Translations under genes and position numbers: made by a program | Notes under the pieces: model-generated | Databases searched by the model: none | What the model saw: the letters and a program-made list of their open reading frames with translations, nothing else | Told to the model about the DNA's origin: nothing | Shown: in pieces, positions 27,960 through 41,045 of the stretch | Layout: the number at the start of each line of letters is the position of its first letter | How positions within the stretch are numbered: the first letter of the stretch is position 1 | DNA from: Eledone cirrhosa | Lineage: Eukaryota | Length of the DNA: 64,000 nt | Assembly: GCA_964016885.1 (NCBI GenBank) | Contig: OZ024743.1 | Span: forward strand, 234,670,001-234,734,000 | Direction: 5' to 3'

Positions 27960-28906
27960 CAAGCAAACAGCCACAGGAAACAAGTACCACCAATCTCTGG
28001 GAGGGCCCTGTAGAAACAGTAGACAGCTTCTGCTACCTAGGTGACCGAATTAGCAACGGAGGTGGGTGCTCAGATAGTACAATAACTAGGGTAAGAACGG
28101 GATGGAAGAAGTTTAGGGAACTACTACCACTGCTAGCTGCAAAAGGCTTCTCCCTCAGAATGAAAGGCAGACTGTATGATGCGTGTTTCCGAACAGCGAT
28201 GTTGCATGGTAGTGAGACCTGGGCGCTGAAGGTGGAAGACTTACGTAGATTAGAGAGAAACGAAGCCTGCATGCTCCGATGGATGTGTAACAGTAATATA
28301 CGTGAACGACAAAGCATAAAGGAATTGAGAGAGAGACTGAACATAAGAGGAATCAAATGTTGCGTGAAGGAGAGGCGGTTACGCTGGTATGGACATGTGA
28401 TGCGTATGAAGGATGACAGCTGCATAAAAAGGTGCAGAGCACTAGAAGTTGATGGAAACCGCGGAGTGGGGAGACCCAAGATGACTTGGGATGAGGTGAT
28501 AAAAGCCGACCTTACCCAACTACACCTCTCAAAGTCAATGACACACGACCGTGACTTCTGGCGTCACGCAGTAATACAGGGTACCCGACCTCCCATGGGT
28601 ACATGCTGAAGCATATAAACAATATGCCCCCACTCCCCCCACCGCAAGGTGGTCGTGGAGGTGCCACGGCAAAAAAGCACCCAGCCCACACTGTAAAGTG
28701 GACGTGTAGGCGCCACGAAAAAGCACCCAGCACTCACTGTAAATGAGGTTGGTGTTAGGAAGGGCATCCAGCTGTAGAAATCAAGCCAGATCAGTTCCTG
28801 TATGAGCAAGGCATGGTCAGCCGACCAGACACTGCCCACAACAGGACAACCCGTCTAACCCATGCTAGCGTGGAAGAACGGACGTAAAACGGTGATGATG
28901 ATGATG
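27960..28906 (+). mobile_element. 5'-truncated RTE LINE, ~99% identical to 47400-48343
   Basis: About 8 substitutions counted by eye over ~945 bp; (GAT)n tail. Confidence 0.95.
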
Positions 28907-30004
28907 ACTCTATCATTTTATTCTGACCTAGAATTTTTCAGTCCTCTCTCTTAAACCAGCAATAGTATCATTAACCTCATTGTGTATTTCATTCTCTCTG
29001 ATCCATGACCTAACTCTTCTCATTAGGTTGATCTTCATTCACTACAGCTGATCTGTAACCTAACCTTTCTCATTGGGTTCATATTCTTCACTACAACTAT
29101 CTTCCATACTACTTTTATTCCCTTATCACAACTTTCTTATCAGATTCCTTTTTTTTGTGCACCTTCATTGGTTGACATGTTCCTCCATATCTAACTAATA
29201 CAAATTGGCCTTAAATACTAAACACATTAGGAGGTCCAGACTATCCTTTTGAAATTCATTTGTAATTTGGTCACCAGCCTCAAAATCTTGATCACTATAT
29301 TTCCTTACATTAAATCTGTGCCCTTCAGATTCTTTTGGTAACCTTGGCTTCTTTGAAACCGTTTACATGTTATTTAGAGAGCATTAAAATTTGTGTCAAG
29401 TAACTAGTATATCATAATTATAATATCAGAGCCAAATGCAAATTGATTTGAACCATGCCTTGAGTGATTCTTGAGTGCATTTTATATATTCTCTGATATT
29501 CCATGACCAGGCTGTCTCCAAGTCACACATCTAATACTTTCTGCATTGCTTCAGCCAATATCAAGTTATGGCACTCCACAGTTGTTGATAATAATGATTG
29601 TTAAATTTACCTCCACCCCCCACTGTCACTTAAAACGTAACCAGTAGTTCCAAAATAAGATATCTTCATCAAAAATATATTCTTACTGATTTTTTTCCTT
29701 TTTCATCATTGCTATCATCATTTTGTCTGCTTCCTATGGTCCAAGGCAGTCCTAGTACAGAGCTACTGCATTCCTCGATGGATCAGAGGACAACATCTTG
29801 CTCCTACATTCCATTCTACAGTTGGATACTCTCACTGAGAAAGGCATTCAGCTCTTCTTGGTAATAAGCTTGCAACAGAGAATCTATCACTTATTTTGAA
29901 TGTGCTCCTTCAAAACAAGACAAATTGTGTCATTAAACTTATTCCCAGTAGAGTAATCCACCACCAGTTGCAGTGGATGCCTTTTAAATCTGACAAGTCA
30001 CAGA

Positions 30005-30413
30005 TTTCTTTAACGAGTTCTTGGAATTCATTATCGTTCTGAATTACAAAATCAATTTCTCTTTTGATGCAAGAGCAAAATGGTAGTGGTGTTTTTCAAC
30101 CTTCTCTACTCTAGAGCAGTGTGTTTGCAAGGAAAACAACCAGAACATCATCATCATCATGATTTAACGTTTGCTTTCTCTGCTAGCAAGAGTTTGACAG
30201 GTTTCTTTAATGAGTTCTTGGAATTCATTATTGTTGAAAATTTCATTCTTCTGAATTAAGAAATCAATTTCTCTTTTGATGCAAGAGCAAAATGGTAGTG
30301 GTGTTTTTCAACCTTCTCTATTCTGGAGCAGTGTGTTAGCAAGGAAAACAACCAGAACATCATCATCATCATGATTTAACGTTCGCTTTCTCTGCTAGCA
30401 AGGGTTTGACAGG
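30005..30413. repeat. ~200-bp tandem duplication including an inverted RTE-type 3' tail
   Basis: Copies at 30005-30201 and 30202-30413; the second has a short extra insertion. Confidence 0.9.
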
Positions 30414-30906
30414 TCTACATAGATCTTGTCAGTACTGAAGTTGGGCTACTGACCTCACAGACAGGCCGATGGGTGTGTGACCCACTTATAATAATTTTTA
30501 AAGTCGAGCAGTTTTCATTGATTCATGGCTTTAGAGCTGTGGTAAGTCATTTTTCACAATGTCTGCTTCAACATAAGTTGTCACTTGCTACAGTAACAGG
30601 AAACTCATCAACTTTACCTGTTACTCTATTACTGAGGTAGAAACTCCTCAGATTTAACAATCTTGACTAAACCTTTATCACTCAGTATACCTATAAAGAC
30701 CTTTAATTAGAGTTCTCCAGCAATTGTATGAGTAGATGCAGAGTTTAACACTGACTTACTAATTTTCTCTTTCACAAGGTTAGATATCTTTCTATCAGTC
30801 ATTAATCAGAGTATCTGCACGCTTATAGAGTGTTCCTGATACAGTGCTTTAACTTTGAAAAGTCATATGTACCTTATGAGTTTTTATAATAGTATTGTCT
30901 TTTCTT

Positions 30907-31092
30907 TTACCGGTGGATTGGCAGTATCGGTAGAGGGTAGGAAGCCATGCTTTCCAGCATAGTAACGTCCCTTTACGATCTGAGTTCAAATCCCGCCGAG
31001 GTTGACTTTGCCTTTCATCCTTACGGGGTCGATAAAATAAAGTACCAGTAATACATTGAGTAATTGCTGGCCTTGTGCCTAAAGTAGAAACA
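30907..31092 (+). mobile_element. SINE family B, full copy with 16-bp TSD
   Basis: TSD agtattgtcttttctt at 30891-30906 and 31093-31108. Confidence 0.9.
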
Positions 31093-31293
31093 AGTATTGT
31101 CTTTTCTTAGACAGTTTCTGGCAAAATACATACTGAACTTGGTACATTGCATGATTTTACCTTTACTGTTCATGGTATTTGACTTTCCACCACGATAAAA
31201 TTTCTATCAGGCCCACAGTAAAAGTTTACAATCTCTGGTTCAGATTTCATAGCTGGTATTACACCCTCACTTGATGAAATAGCTCAAAGTTCT

Positions 31294-31441
31294 TTAACCC
31301 TTTAGCATTTAAACCTGCAGTATCCAGCTAGAATTCTCTCACTTCTTTCTGTTCAAACTAGCCACTCATACTGATGTTAAAGTATGGCTTTCAAAATGAT
31401 ATCACAATCTCGTAGATTCGATATTATGTGAGATGATTATG
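31294..31441. mobile_element. piggyBac-like MITE, one end only
   Basis: ttaaccctttagcatttaaacc..agaattctctcac. Confidence 0.75.
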
Positions 31442-32455
31442 AATGGTATAATAATGTCACTTGTCAGATATCCTTGAAAGTTCATGTTCTCTGTTTGAAA
31501 TTAACACTAAGATCATTGCGATGTTAACTTTTAGATTTTGGATATGCTGCTTATGAGAACCATATCAGCACCTATAAGTGCTTTCTGGGTTAACCAGTTC
31601 TAAATACTTCTATTAGAGCCTCAAGAATTATAATAAATAGAAGGTGTGAATATAGTCCTGGTAAATGTTTAACTATGCATTGGCTTTTTCACTGGGCCTA
31701 ATCCCTTATCAGAGTAACACCAGACTGAGATGTACCCAGTGGTTCATTATTGAAATCCTATCATTCATTAAGATACACAATTCCAATCCAATCAGGCATA
31801 GCTACATATGTTGATGCTAGATAGTTAGTTTTGTTCAAAGACATCCCAGTTTTGATTAACCTTAATTTTTGTATATCCAGGACTACATTATTCATAGTGT
31901 CCTTATTTTTTCAAGACAATAGGGTGAGGTGGAGAGTTTGAATTAGTTCCCTTATCTAAGTCTGTGTCACTCTGCTTCCAGATCTTATACTAATTCTTTC
32001 TCCCTGATCTTAAACCCATGTTAATTATAATTAAACAATAACTGCACTATTTTTCATCTGAGTCAAATCTAAGTTGATGTTAAAATGAAATAAACATTGT
32101 CCTCCTTTCTTAGATTAATTAATGATAAGACTGACAGCCACTTTGGTGCTAGCATCATGATAAAATGCAATTTTTATACTCTGTAAAATGGTTGGTGTTA
32201 GTAAGGGCTTCCAACTGTAGTGTTAGTGCCTCAAAAAATGCCCCCCAATCCTTTGTCAGACCCTCTGCGATTGGTGGTAGGGAGGGTGGAAGGTATCCTG
32301 AAACTGGTGACCTGGCCTGAATGCTTGGAACTCTTCTAAAGGAACCCTGGAGATAAAAGAGACAAATATCTTTCATTGTTTAATAATTTATAGTTTTTGT
32401 TTTCTATTAAGTCTACTCAAAATAACATGAATGATTTGATGGGTTGTTTTTTACC

Positions 32456-32680
32456 TTAACCCTTTAGCATTTAAACCGTTCGTATCCGACCAGAATTTTC
32501 TCACCTCTTTCTGCTTAAACCATTCAAAACCAGCTGCTCGTACTTATGTTAAAGTATTGTTCTCAAAATGAATGATATCAAAATCTCAGATTCAATTTTA
32601 TGAGATAATTATGTAAGATAAAGCCTTTACCACAAAAATACAATAGTATATATAGAGTAATGTAAATGCTAAAGGGTTAA
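32456..32680. mobile_element. piggyBac-like MITE with perfect termini
   Basis: TTAA|CCCTTTAGCATTTA ... TAAATGCTAAAGGG|TTAA. Confidence 0.9.
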
Positions 32681-32760
32681 GATAAGTTCATTGAAATATG
32701 ATTGAGAAATAGGAAAAGAAGCAATTGAATGCAAGAGATTTTTGTATATAGGTGGAATAT

Positions 32761-33140
32761 TCATTTCATTTTTTTTTTTTACGTCCGCTTTTCCCTGCTT
32801 GCAAGAGTGGGACGGGAACTGATTCTGGCTTGATTTCTACAGCTGGATGCCCTTCCTAACACCAACCTCATTTACAGTGAGTGCTGGGTGCTTTTTTCCG
32901 TGGCGCCTACACGTCCACTTTACAGTGTGGGCTGGGTGCTTTTTTGCCGTGGTACCTCCACGACCACTTTGCAGTGGAATGATAGGGACCCCAGTCCCTA
33001 TCATCTCATTTCTACAGCTGAGTGAACTGGAGCGATGTAAAATAAAGTGTCTTGCTCAAGGAAACAACACATTACCCGCTCTGAGAATTGAACTCACAAC
33101 CTTTCGATTGCAAGGCCAATGCTCTAACCACTAAGCCGTG
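32761..33140 (-). mobile_element. SINE family A
   Basis: Reverse complement of 3883-4233 with one extra LINE 3'UTR module. Confidence 0.9.
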
Positions 33141-36100
33141 TGTGTGTGTCCCAGTTGGTTAAAATAATAATTCTTGCTTTGCAGCACAGCCGATCTAATG
33201 GCGATATTTAGAATTTTAACTTACCTAGCCCTTAAGTGCCATTAGTAGAGTCTAATCTTTTGCAAGCACTTGGGTTATGTGAGTCTGAGAACTGTTATAC
33301 AAAAAAGGTCAGGGCACTACCCTCCCACCTCAGCTTAAATAAATCTATTGTTTTTTTTATCTCATAGGAACTGTTTTAATATTTATGTCCTATACCATAT
33401 GAAACCATAAGACATTCTTGAAAAGTACAAAACAGCATTATGATTGCATCATCTTAAAGATTAGTTTATACTCTAATACTGTGAACGTTCACCATGATCT
33501 GGCTATTAATAAAGGCACTATAAACATGAATCAACAGACACCATTTTTACATATTTTCTGCTAAATCTTTACAGGATGTTAACAGTCAATTTTAAAATTA
33601 GTTTGCTACGTTCTCGTGTAGAAACATTTAATAGTCTACAAAGAGTTAAGAAGTTACTTCTGTGGGAGTTTAAATTATGAAAATCTATATACCCAGATCA
33701 ACTTTTTTAAAGCAGACCTCTCGTATAGGATTAATAGCTAGAAGTCAACATTTGTTAGCTCCAAATACGGATTCATTTGGGCTATTCTAACCAGCGATCT
33801 CTTAATTTCTCCTCTAGGTTTTATACATGTTCACTTTAAAAGTTTTCATTTCACAAGCTGCAGGGATCTTCTGAGTTAGTACTTAATTCTGATTTCTCAT
33901 CTATTAGGTAGATGAGACAAAATTGTACTTAGTGGTGAAATAGATGGGAAAATAAGGTCATGAGTGAAAATGTTCAACTGTTTTAACTAACCAACATATG
34001 TTATTCTAATAATATTTAATTTGCTAATTAAATGTGTTAAATCATATTTGAAAATGTATTTCATTGTTAATTGCCAAAAATGCTGGTTCCTCCGTTAGTT
34101 TAGTAAAAAGTTATTTTTTCTGTTATATTTTTATTTATTTTCTAATTAAATATAGCATAAGATTTTTACAAATACATATATTTGATTTTTTAATGAATTC
34201 TGTTGTCAAGTTGCCCCACCTAAACATCAAATAAAAAAAATAACAGGAAATATGTTTTTGTATAATGTATAAACGAATTTGGCAAGCATCCATTTCACTT
34301 GTAACTATGTCAATGCTGCAAAATGGAAAATACATGTATCATACAATACATTTAGATACAATGTATCTAAGTGGACAAAGCTATTGAGTTTTAAGTATAT
34401 TGACTATTAATTAACACAGCAATGCCTGTGGAGGGGTACAAACCATCAGACAAGGTTACAACTCAATCAATATGGCCAGCAGCAACAGTCACTGCAAATG
34501 AGAAAAGTGAGATTTTAATGGTTGGTTATGTAAAAGTGACAGAAATTGAGTACCAGACAAAATGTTAGTCAGTACTTACTGTATATACTCTAATATAAGG
34601 AAAGGAATATGTGACCAAAAAATCGATGTTAAAATGGTAGAGGGAGGTCTTATATATGCCATTTAAACAATGTGTTGATTAGCTACCTCGGCTTAGAAAC
34701 GTTTCAATTTTTGCCCATTTCTCAGAACTAAAATAGGAGTTGACTTATCTTCCGAGTGTAAACGGTAGTTTCATCAATCCAATAAAACCTATTACATTGT
34801 GAGGCCATCAGTGACGAAACTTGCATCTCCATCAGGCTAGTTTGATGGAAAGGTGTGTTAGAAACCCAGATGGGTTGACAGCAGTACAGAAATACTCATA
34901 TTAGTGACTAAGTATGCAGTAAGACTACTAAGGATGATGAGGTTCATTCTAGCCAGAGCATCCATCTAGATGAAAAGTCTAAAAAAATAGTCTCACTGTC
35001 TTGAGTACTAGGGATAAGAGAAAGCTGGATGACAGAAATGTTGGAATGGATCTGTGCAGAGAATTCCCATTCAAATTCTGCTAGGTCTCCAGCAACTCCT
35101 GCATCTAGCTGATTCAAAACAAGGCAGTGTAGATGTTTCACAAATTTTCTAATATTTAAAATTAGTTCACAAGCAAATCATGACTGGGGCTCTACTGATA
35201 TGAACTTTTTTTAACTATACACTGGACTATTTGTTGTGGTGGTCAGAGTATTGTGCACGTCTGCAACAATGAAATACCACCACTTCAATAGTTTCCTCGC
35301 TTGTAAGGACAAGTGAAAGGTGCAATATATGCCGCAGTCCTCTGTACAGCAGTATCCTCTGGTGAAGTACCGCATAGCTGAAGTCAGTTATCATCGATTA
35401 CCAGTGGACGAATATGACGACTTAGTTTCATCTCTGTATTTTGAGGTCAAACTCCTAAGTCGACTTAGTCTTTCCCATCCCCTTCTTCCCCAGTTTTGAT
35501 AAAATAATACATCAACGATACAACTCTCTCCCTTGTTAATGTTTGAATACATTTTGTTAAAAGGATAAAATTTTCAGTTTGAAGAAAGGGAAAGAAATTA
35601 CACAAGCATTCTTTCTTATACATAATGTATACCTGTTCTCGGTAATTGATTTATTTCATCGATCAGTTTTTCGGAACTGAATGGCTTCTGTGTATCACCT
35701 TCACCCAGCCTAGATTATGTTAATGCACGGCGAAGAATCAACTCTCTCTCTCTCTCTCATTTGAAACTTCGATTCACCCACGATGTGTGGTGTGGAATAG
35801 AATGAGAGGTTGGGAGTTATTTTAGAAATCTTTTCTTGGTTTTTACATAGCTTATGGAAGAGAATGAAGTTCGTGCTTTTTGTTTTTTTAATTTGCTTCT
35901 TTTATATAAATAAATAAATGGTTTAATGCCTCTGTAATAAGGATTACTATTATTAATGTATATATTTTCCTCGTGTAATTTTCGAATAATCGTAGTGGTG
36001 ATTCTGTTAAAGAAAGGACTTCATCCCTTTTTTTTCAAAGTCGCCATTTTTCTCCTTTCGATCGATTCGTTCTTTTCTCCGCTCGTTTATTCCATCACCC

Positions 36101-36854
36101 ACTTAGTTGTATTATCACCACAAGCTAAGCTACACGCACGCACACACACACATATATATATATACATATATATATACAGACCGAGTTGTCTATACTACTG
36201 TTGGCTCCCCTTTCACGTAGGTAGAAAGCATTCACTCACCCACTTAGTACACCAACTATCAAAACCGGCTGACTAATACTGATTACGAATACTTAGTACT
36301 ACTTCTCCTAATTGCATATTACTCTTTAAAATTCTGCAAAGAGTTAAAAACAAGCAAATGCACCCTAGCAACACATTTGTTAATGCAAAAAATGCAAAAA
36401 AGAAATAATAATAATTTGCAAGCTATATGAATGTATCCAGAGAAAGTCTTTCCTACGTTACTACTGTATTGAAAGAAAATCACCCACGGCAAGTTAGCTT
36501 AGCAATATATATAGTCATTGTCTCTTTTCTTCTTCTGTTAATGTGTTGATAATAGCAATATCTACAAGTCCAGTATTGACTGTTTATTATTTATTAACTG
36601 TTATTACTATTATTTAAAAACTGATGATTTATTTGTATATTTTACACGAACTCGCATTCCCGTTTACGGTTCTATTACTCACCCATTTATAAAAAGAAAT
36701 ACACAATCATAGCTGTTATCGTTAGTCAACTTTTTTATTCCTCCTTTCTTCTCTTAAGAAATCTAACTTTTAAAGCTTTTTTTTTTTTTCTAAATTCGTT
36801 TGTTATTGTTGTCTAATTATAAAATCTGGTCCAATTCCTCCAAATCGGTTCACA

Positions 36855-37214
36855 ATGCCCCAATGTAAGGCGTTTGGCTGTTCAAGTCACGATGGCCGAC
36901 TTCCTCGTCATATCAGGCTACACTGCTTCCCCAAAGATCGCAGCGTGTGTAGGATTTGGGCACGGAACATGGGTATCGATTCCTACCTGATTGAGAACTT
37001 TCTCGACATGGCCTGTTCGGATAACCAGAATATACGGCGCCGGTTTCGAATCTGTACTCTGCATTTTGAACTTGACTGTTTCGAACAAAACATAGAGTTA
37101 ATGGCTAACCCACGTATCTTGCTGAAACCGAATGCCATACCAACATTATTCCAGAAGAGTAATGCTTTCACAGCGAAATGGTATACCAAGCTGAAACTAA
37201 GCTGGCCAACTGAC
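36855..37214 (+). CDS. THAP zinc-finger (C2CH) first coding exon
   Basis: MPQC.AFGC..LHCFPKD..W..RICTLHF..CF..LLKPNAIPTLF is a complete THAP signature with AVPTIF box; donor gac|gtaagg, 360 nt, phase 0; unspliced ORF stops at 37253. Confidence 0.88.
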
Positions 37215-37265
37215 GTAAGGAAATATTTTATTTTTGAAGATGATTTTTTTTAAATATTTTATTCT

Positions 37266-37326
<61 letters not shown>

Positions 37327-37336
37327 GTGTATATAT

Positions 37337-38320
37337 CATCATCATTGTTGTTTTAACGTCCGCCTTCTCTGCTAGCAAGGGTTGGACAGGTCCATATGAA
37401 CCAAGTCCGTACTGAAGCAGGCCAGTGATCTGTGCGCTTACGTACGGTCTCAAGTTCCACCGAGCCCTAAGGAGACGTTGTCATGCCTTTGGGTCCTCGT
37501 GTGTGGTTGTGGGGGTGGGGGTAGTGGAGTTGAAAATAACTGTTAGGGAGTGCTAGTGGAAGTTGGGTAGGTCAGGTCACAGTGTAAGCTGCAGGTCTGG
37601 TCTTCCTTAGCACTGTGCAGTGCCAGCCCTCACAATCTTTGGTTATTTCTGGTGTAAGGTTTAGCTTTCTAAGATCATCCTTACCACCTCATCCCATGCC
37701 TTCCTGGGTCTGTCACTGGGATTTCTCTGCATTTCTTTATGCAGCTGCCATCTTCCATGTGCATCACATGGCCATACCAATGCAATCTTCTCTCTTGCAC
37801 ACTACAACCAATTCCTCTTATGCCAAGTTTTTCCCTCAGTTTGCTTATGCTGTTGCTCATGCACACTAACACTACACATCAATCGGAGCATACTCAACTC
37901 ATTTCTTTTTAGTGAAACATGGGTCTTCTGCAGTCAAGAACCCATGTTTCACTGCCATGTAACATTGCAGTTCGCGCACGTCTACCCTGCACTCTGAGAG
38001 AAAAGCATTTTGTTGTTAGCAGTGGTAATAGATCTTTGCCCATGCTTAAAATTTTGCTTTTAACTCTCCTACAGACTCAGCTATGAGGACTTGGTTGTCA
38101 ACATAAAGAAGCTCCCATGTAGCTCCAATTTCAAACTCCTCAGTGATGGTCTGAATTGCAATGATAAATAGAAGTGGACTGAGGACTGATCTCTGGTGGA
38201 TGCCCACCTGCACTTCAAATTCATCACTGTATTCATTTCCAACTTTCACTCACTTGGTTGCTCCTCTTTACATGGCCTGCATGGCTTTCAGAAGCCATTC
38301 CTCTATGCCTAGCTTCCTAC
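37337..38320 (-). mobile_element. Decayed RTE LINE with internal deletions, tail at 37337
   Basis: Peptides KVGNEYSDEFEVQVGIHQRSVLSPLLFII and RGIGCSVQERRLHWYGHV. Confidence 0.85.
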
Positions 38321-38882
38321 ATATATGACGATCATCATCATCGTTTTACGTCCGTTCTTCCACGCTAGCATATGTATCTGTATATATATATATATATATA
38401 ATGATGATATATGTGTATATATAAATAATAAAAATATGGACGAGGTGTCAAATTTTCATTACATTTATTGAGGTGTGAGGCGTGTTTCGTAATTGATCAG
38501 CTGATGGTTTGATCTGTGTTGATCGAGCCCGACTCTGGAATCAAAAGCTCATCAGATTTCTTTTACCGAATGATTCCCGTACATCATTAAGAAAATATAT
38601 ATTTCTTCTCATTCATTTATGGTGATCAATTTTACTTTGTTTCGATTTATATATATCTCCGGGTAACAAAATCAGGGGGCAGTAGGAAGAAAGGAGATAA
38701 ATAAGGCAGAGAGGAAATAGGGAAAAGAAATGAAAACCAGAGATGAAGCTACCTTGGAATCGATTTATTAGTCCCTATATTTTGAATTTTTTATCCATCA
38801 TGTATGTATATATTATGTATATGTATATATATGTATATTAAGAGAGTAAAACAAAGAAGCCTTCAATACATCAAAAGTCTTT

Positions 38883-38927
38883 ATTAGCCGACAATGTTTC
38901 ATCCTATTAAGGACTCATCAGGGCAAT
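38883..38927 (-). ncRNA. Minimal type I hammerhead ribozyme motif
   Basis: Minus strand: attgcc-CUGAUGA-gtcct(taat)aggat-GAAA-cattG-UC-ggctaat; full catalytic core, stem II, GUC triplet and short stem I. Confidence 0.7.
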
Positions 38928-39204
38928 TCAAACAACAAGAAGTAATAACGGCAGATACAAGCCAGAAGCTCCGAAGAATATGGAGTGTACATATACTAAA
39001 GTATTGCAAAAATATATAATAAAAATAAATAAAAATATATAATGAAAATTACTAAGGATGTATGTGACATTAAGAACCATATTACAAATATAGTCCAAAG
39101 CAAAAAAACCTAGAGCTAGACAAAGGTGGTTATATAGATCAGGAAACATATATAATATAATATAATATAATATAATTATACTTTTACCAACATTAAAGTT
39201 ACAA

Positions 39205-40941
39205 TACCTAGCTAAAAGTAAACCCCTATACTTAGCTTTCGTCGACTTGGAGAAAGCCTTCGACAGAGTCCCCCGTTCCATTATCTGGTGGTCTCTTAGA
39301 AAACTAGGTGTTGACGAATGGCTTGTGAGAGCTATACAAGCCATGTATAAAGAAACAGTCAGTAAGGTTAGAATTAACAACGAATATAGTGAAGAGTTTA
39401 GCGTAAAAGTTGGTGTCCATCAGGGCTCTGTTCTTAGCCCCCTACTATTTATTATTGCCCTTCAGGCTATAACAGAGGAGTTCAAGACCGGCTGCCCATG
39501 GGAACTCCTATACGCAGATGATCTAACGCTCATAGCTGAATCAATGACCGAACTAGAGAAGAAATTCCAAACATGGAAGCACGGCCTAGAATCAAAAGGC
39601 CTTAAAATTAACCTGGCTAAGACTAAAGTTCTAGTTTGTAGGAAAGAAAATAAGGCGGCGGTCCCATCTGGGAAATGGCCATGCTCAGTGTGTAGGAAAG
39701 GCGTAGGTAGAAACTCCATTTTATGTCCCAAATGCAAAGTATGGGTGCATAAAAGATGTAGTGGGATCACAGGTAAGCTAACTAAGAACATAGATTTTAC
39801 ATGTGGCCAGTGCTCTGGTGCAATAAGTAGCAGCAAGTGCCCACAAAATACTAGCTCCTTCAACTGCGCAGAGGGTTCTATAGAAATAGTGGACAGCTTC
39901 CGTTATCTGGGTGACAAAATCAGCAGTGGGGGAGGGTGCTCTGAAAGTACAGTAGCTAGAGTCAGAACTGGATGGAAAAAGTTCAGAGAGCTTATACCAC
40001 TATTAGCCGCTAGAGGGTTCTCCCTAAAAATGAAAGGCAGGTTATACGATGCCTGCATACGAACAGCAATGCTGCATGGCAGTGAGACCTGGGCATTGTG
40101 TGCAGAGGATATACGCAGACTAGAGAGGAACGAAGCTTGCATGCTCCGCTGGATGTGCAATAGTAATATACGTGAACGGCAAAGCATAAACGAACTAAGG
40201 AAAAAATTAGAAATAAGAGGGATCAGATGTTGTTTACTCGAGAGAAGGCTACGTTGGTACGGTCACGTGATGCGCATGAAAGACGACAGCTGTATAACAA
40301 AGTGCAGGGCAATAAAGATAGACGGTAGACACGGAGTAGGCAGACCCAGAAAAACATGGGACGAGCTGATAAATTCCGACCTCACACGCTTACACCTCTC
40401 CAAGACAATGTCACTGGACCGAGACCTTTGGCGGTACTCAGTAATAGAGAAGACCCGCCTTACCTAAATACAAAGTAAAAACCTACTACAGTCAGTAGGC
40501 ATCTCTATCAAAACACACCCCCGTCCCACCACCTCCACGCCACCCACACCGCCCCTTTCAACGTAAAGTTATGTTGGTCCCACAACATCCAGGCCGAAAC
40601 AAATGAGATCGTGTAGGTGTCACGACAAAAAACACACAGTCCACGCTGTAAATGTGGCCGTGTAGGCAACCCGGTAAAAACCTCCCAGCCCCACACTGTA
40701 AATGTGGTTGGTGTTAGGAAGGGCATCCAGCTGTAGAAAACCCGCCAGACAGTCCACGCTGTAATGTGGCCGTGTAGGCAACACGGTAAAAACCTCCCAG
40801 CCCCACACTGTAAATGTGGTTGGTGTTAGGAAGGGCATGCAACTGTAGAAAACCCGCCAGACAGTCCTATGCGAGCAAGACAACCACTCTTGCCTCAAGT
40901 GGGAAAACCCCCATGCAAGCGTGGAACACGGACGCTAAACC

Positions 40942-40970
<29 letters not shown>
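39205..40970 (+). mobile_element. 5'-truncated RTE LINE (second subfamily) with open RT-PHD-C-terminal frame to 40467
   Basis: FVDLEKAFD, GVHQGSVLSP, YADD, C4HC3 finger; ~113-bp duplication in the 3'UTR; (GAT)n tail. Confidence 0.95.
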
Positions 40971-40972
<2 letters not shown>

Positions 40973-41013
40973 TGGAAAATCAAAAGGTACATTATGCATA
41001 TGTATATATGTGT

Positions 41014-41045
<32 letters not shown>

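Noticed and set aside
25140-31800. Patches with decayed coding-like composition between recognised repeats
   Set aside because: No recognisable motif in any frame by eye; probably old transposon debris
34795-34830. gacgaaac hammerhead half-motif (similar case on the minus strand near 5280-5310)
   Set aside because: No intact CUGANGA box
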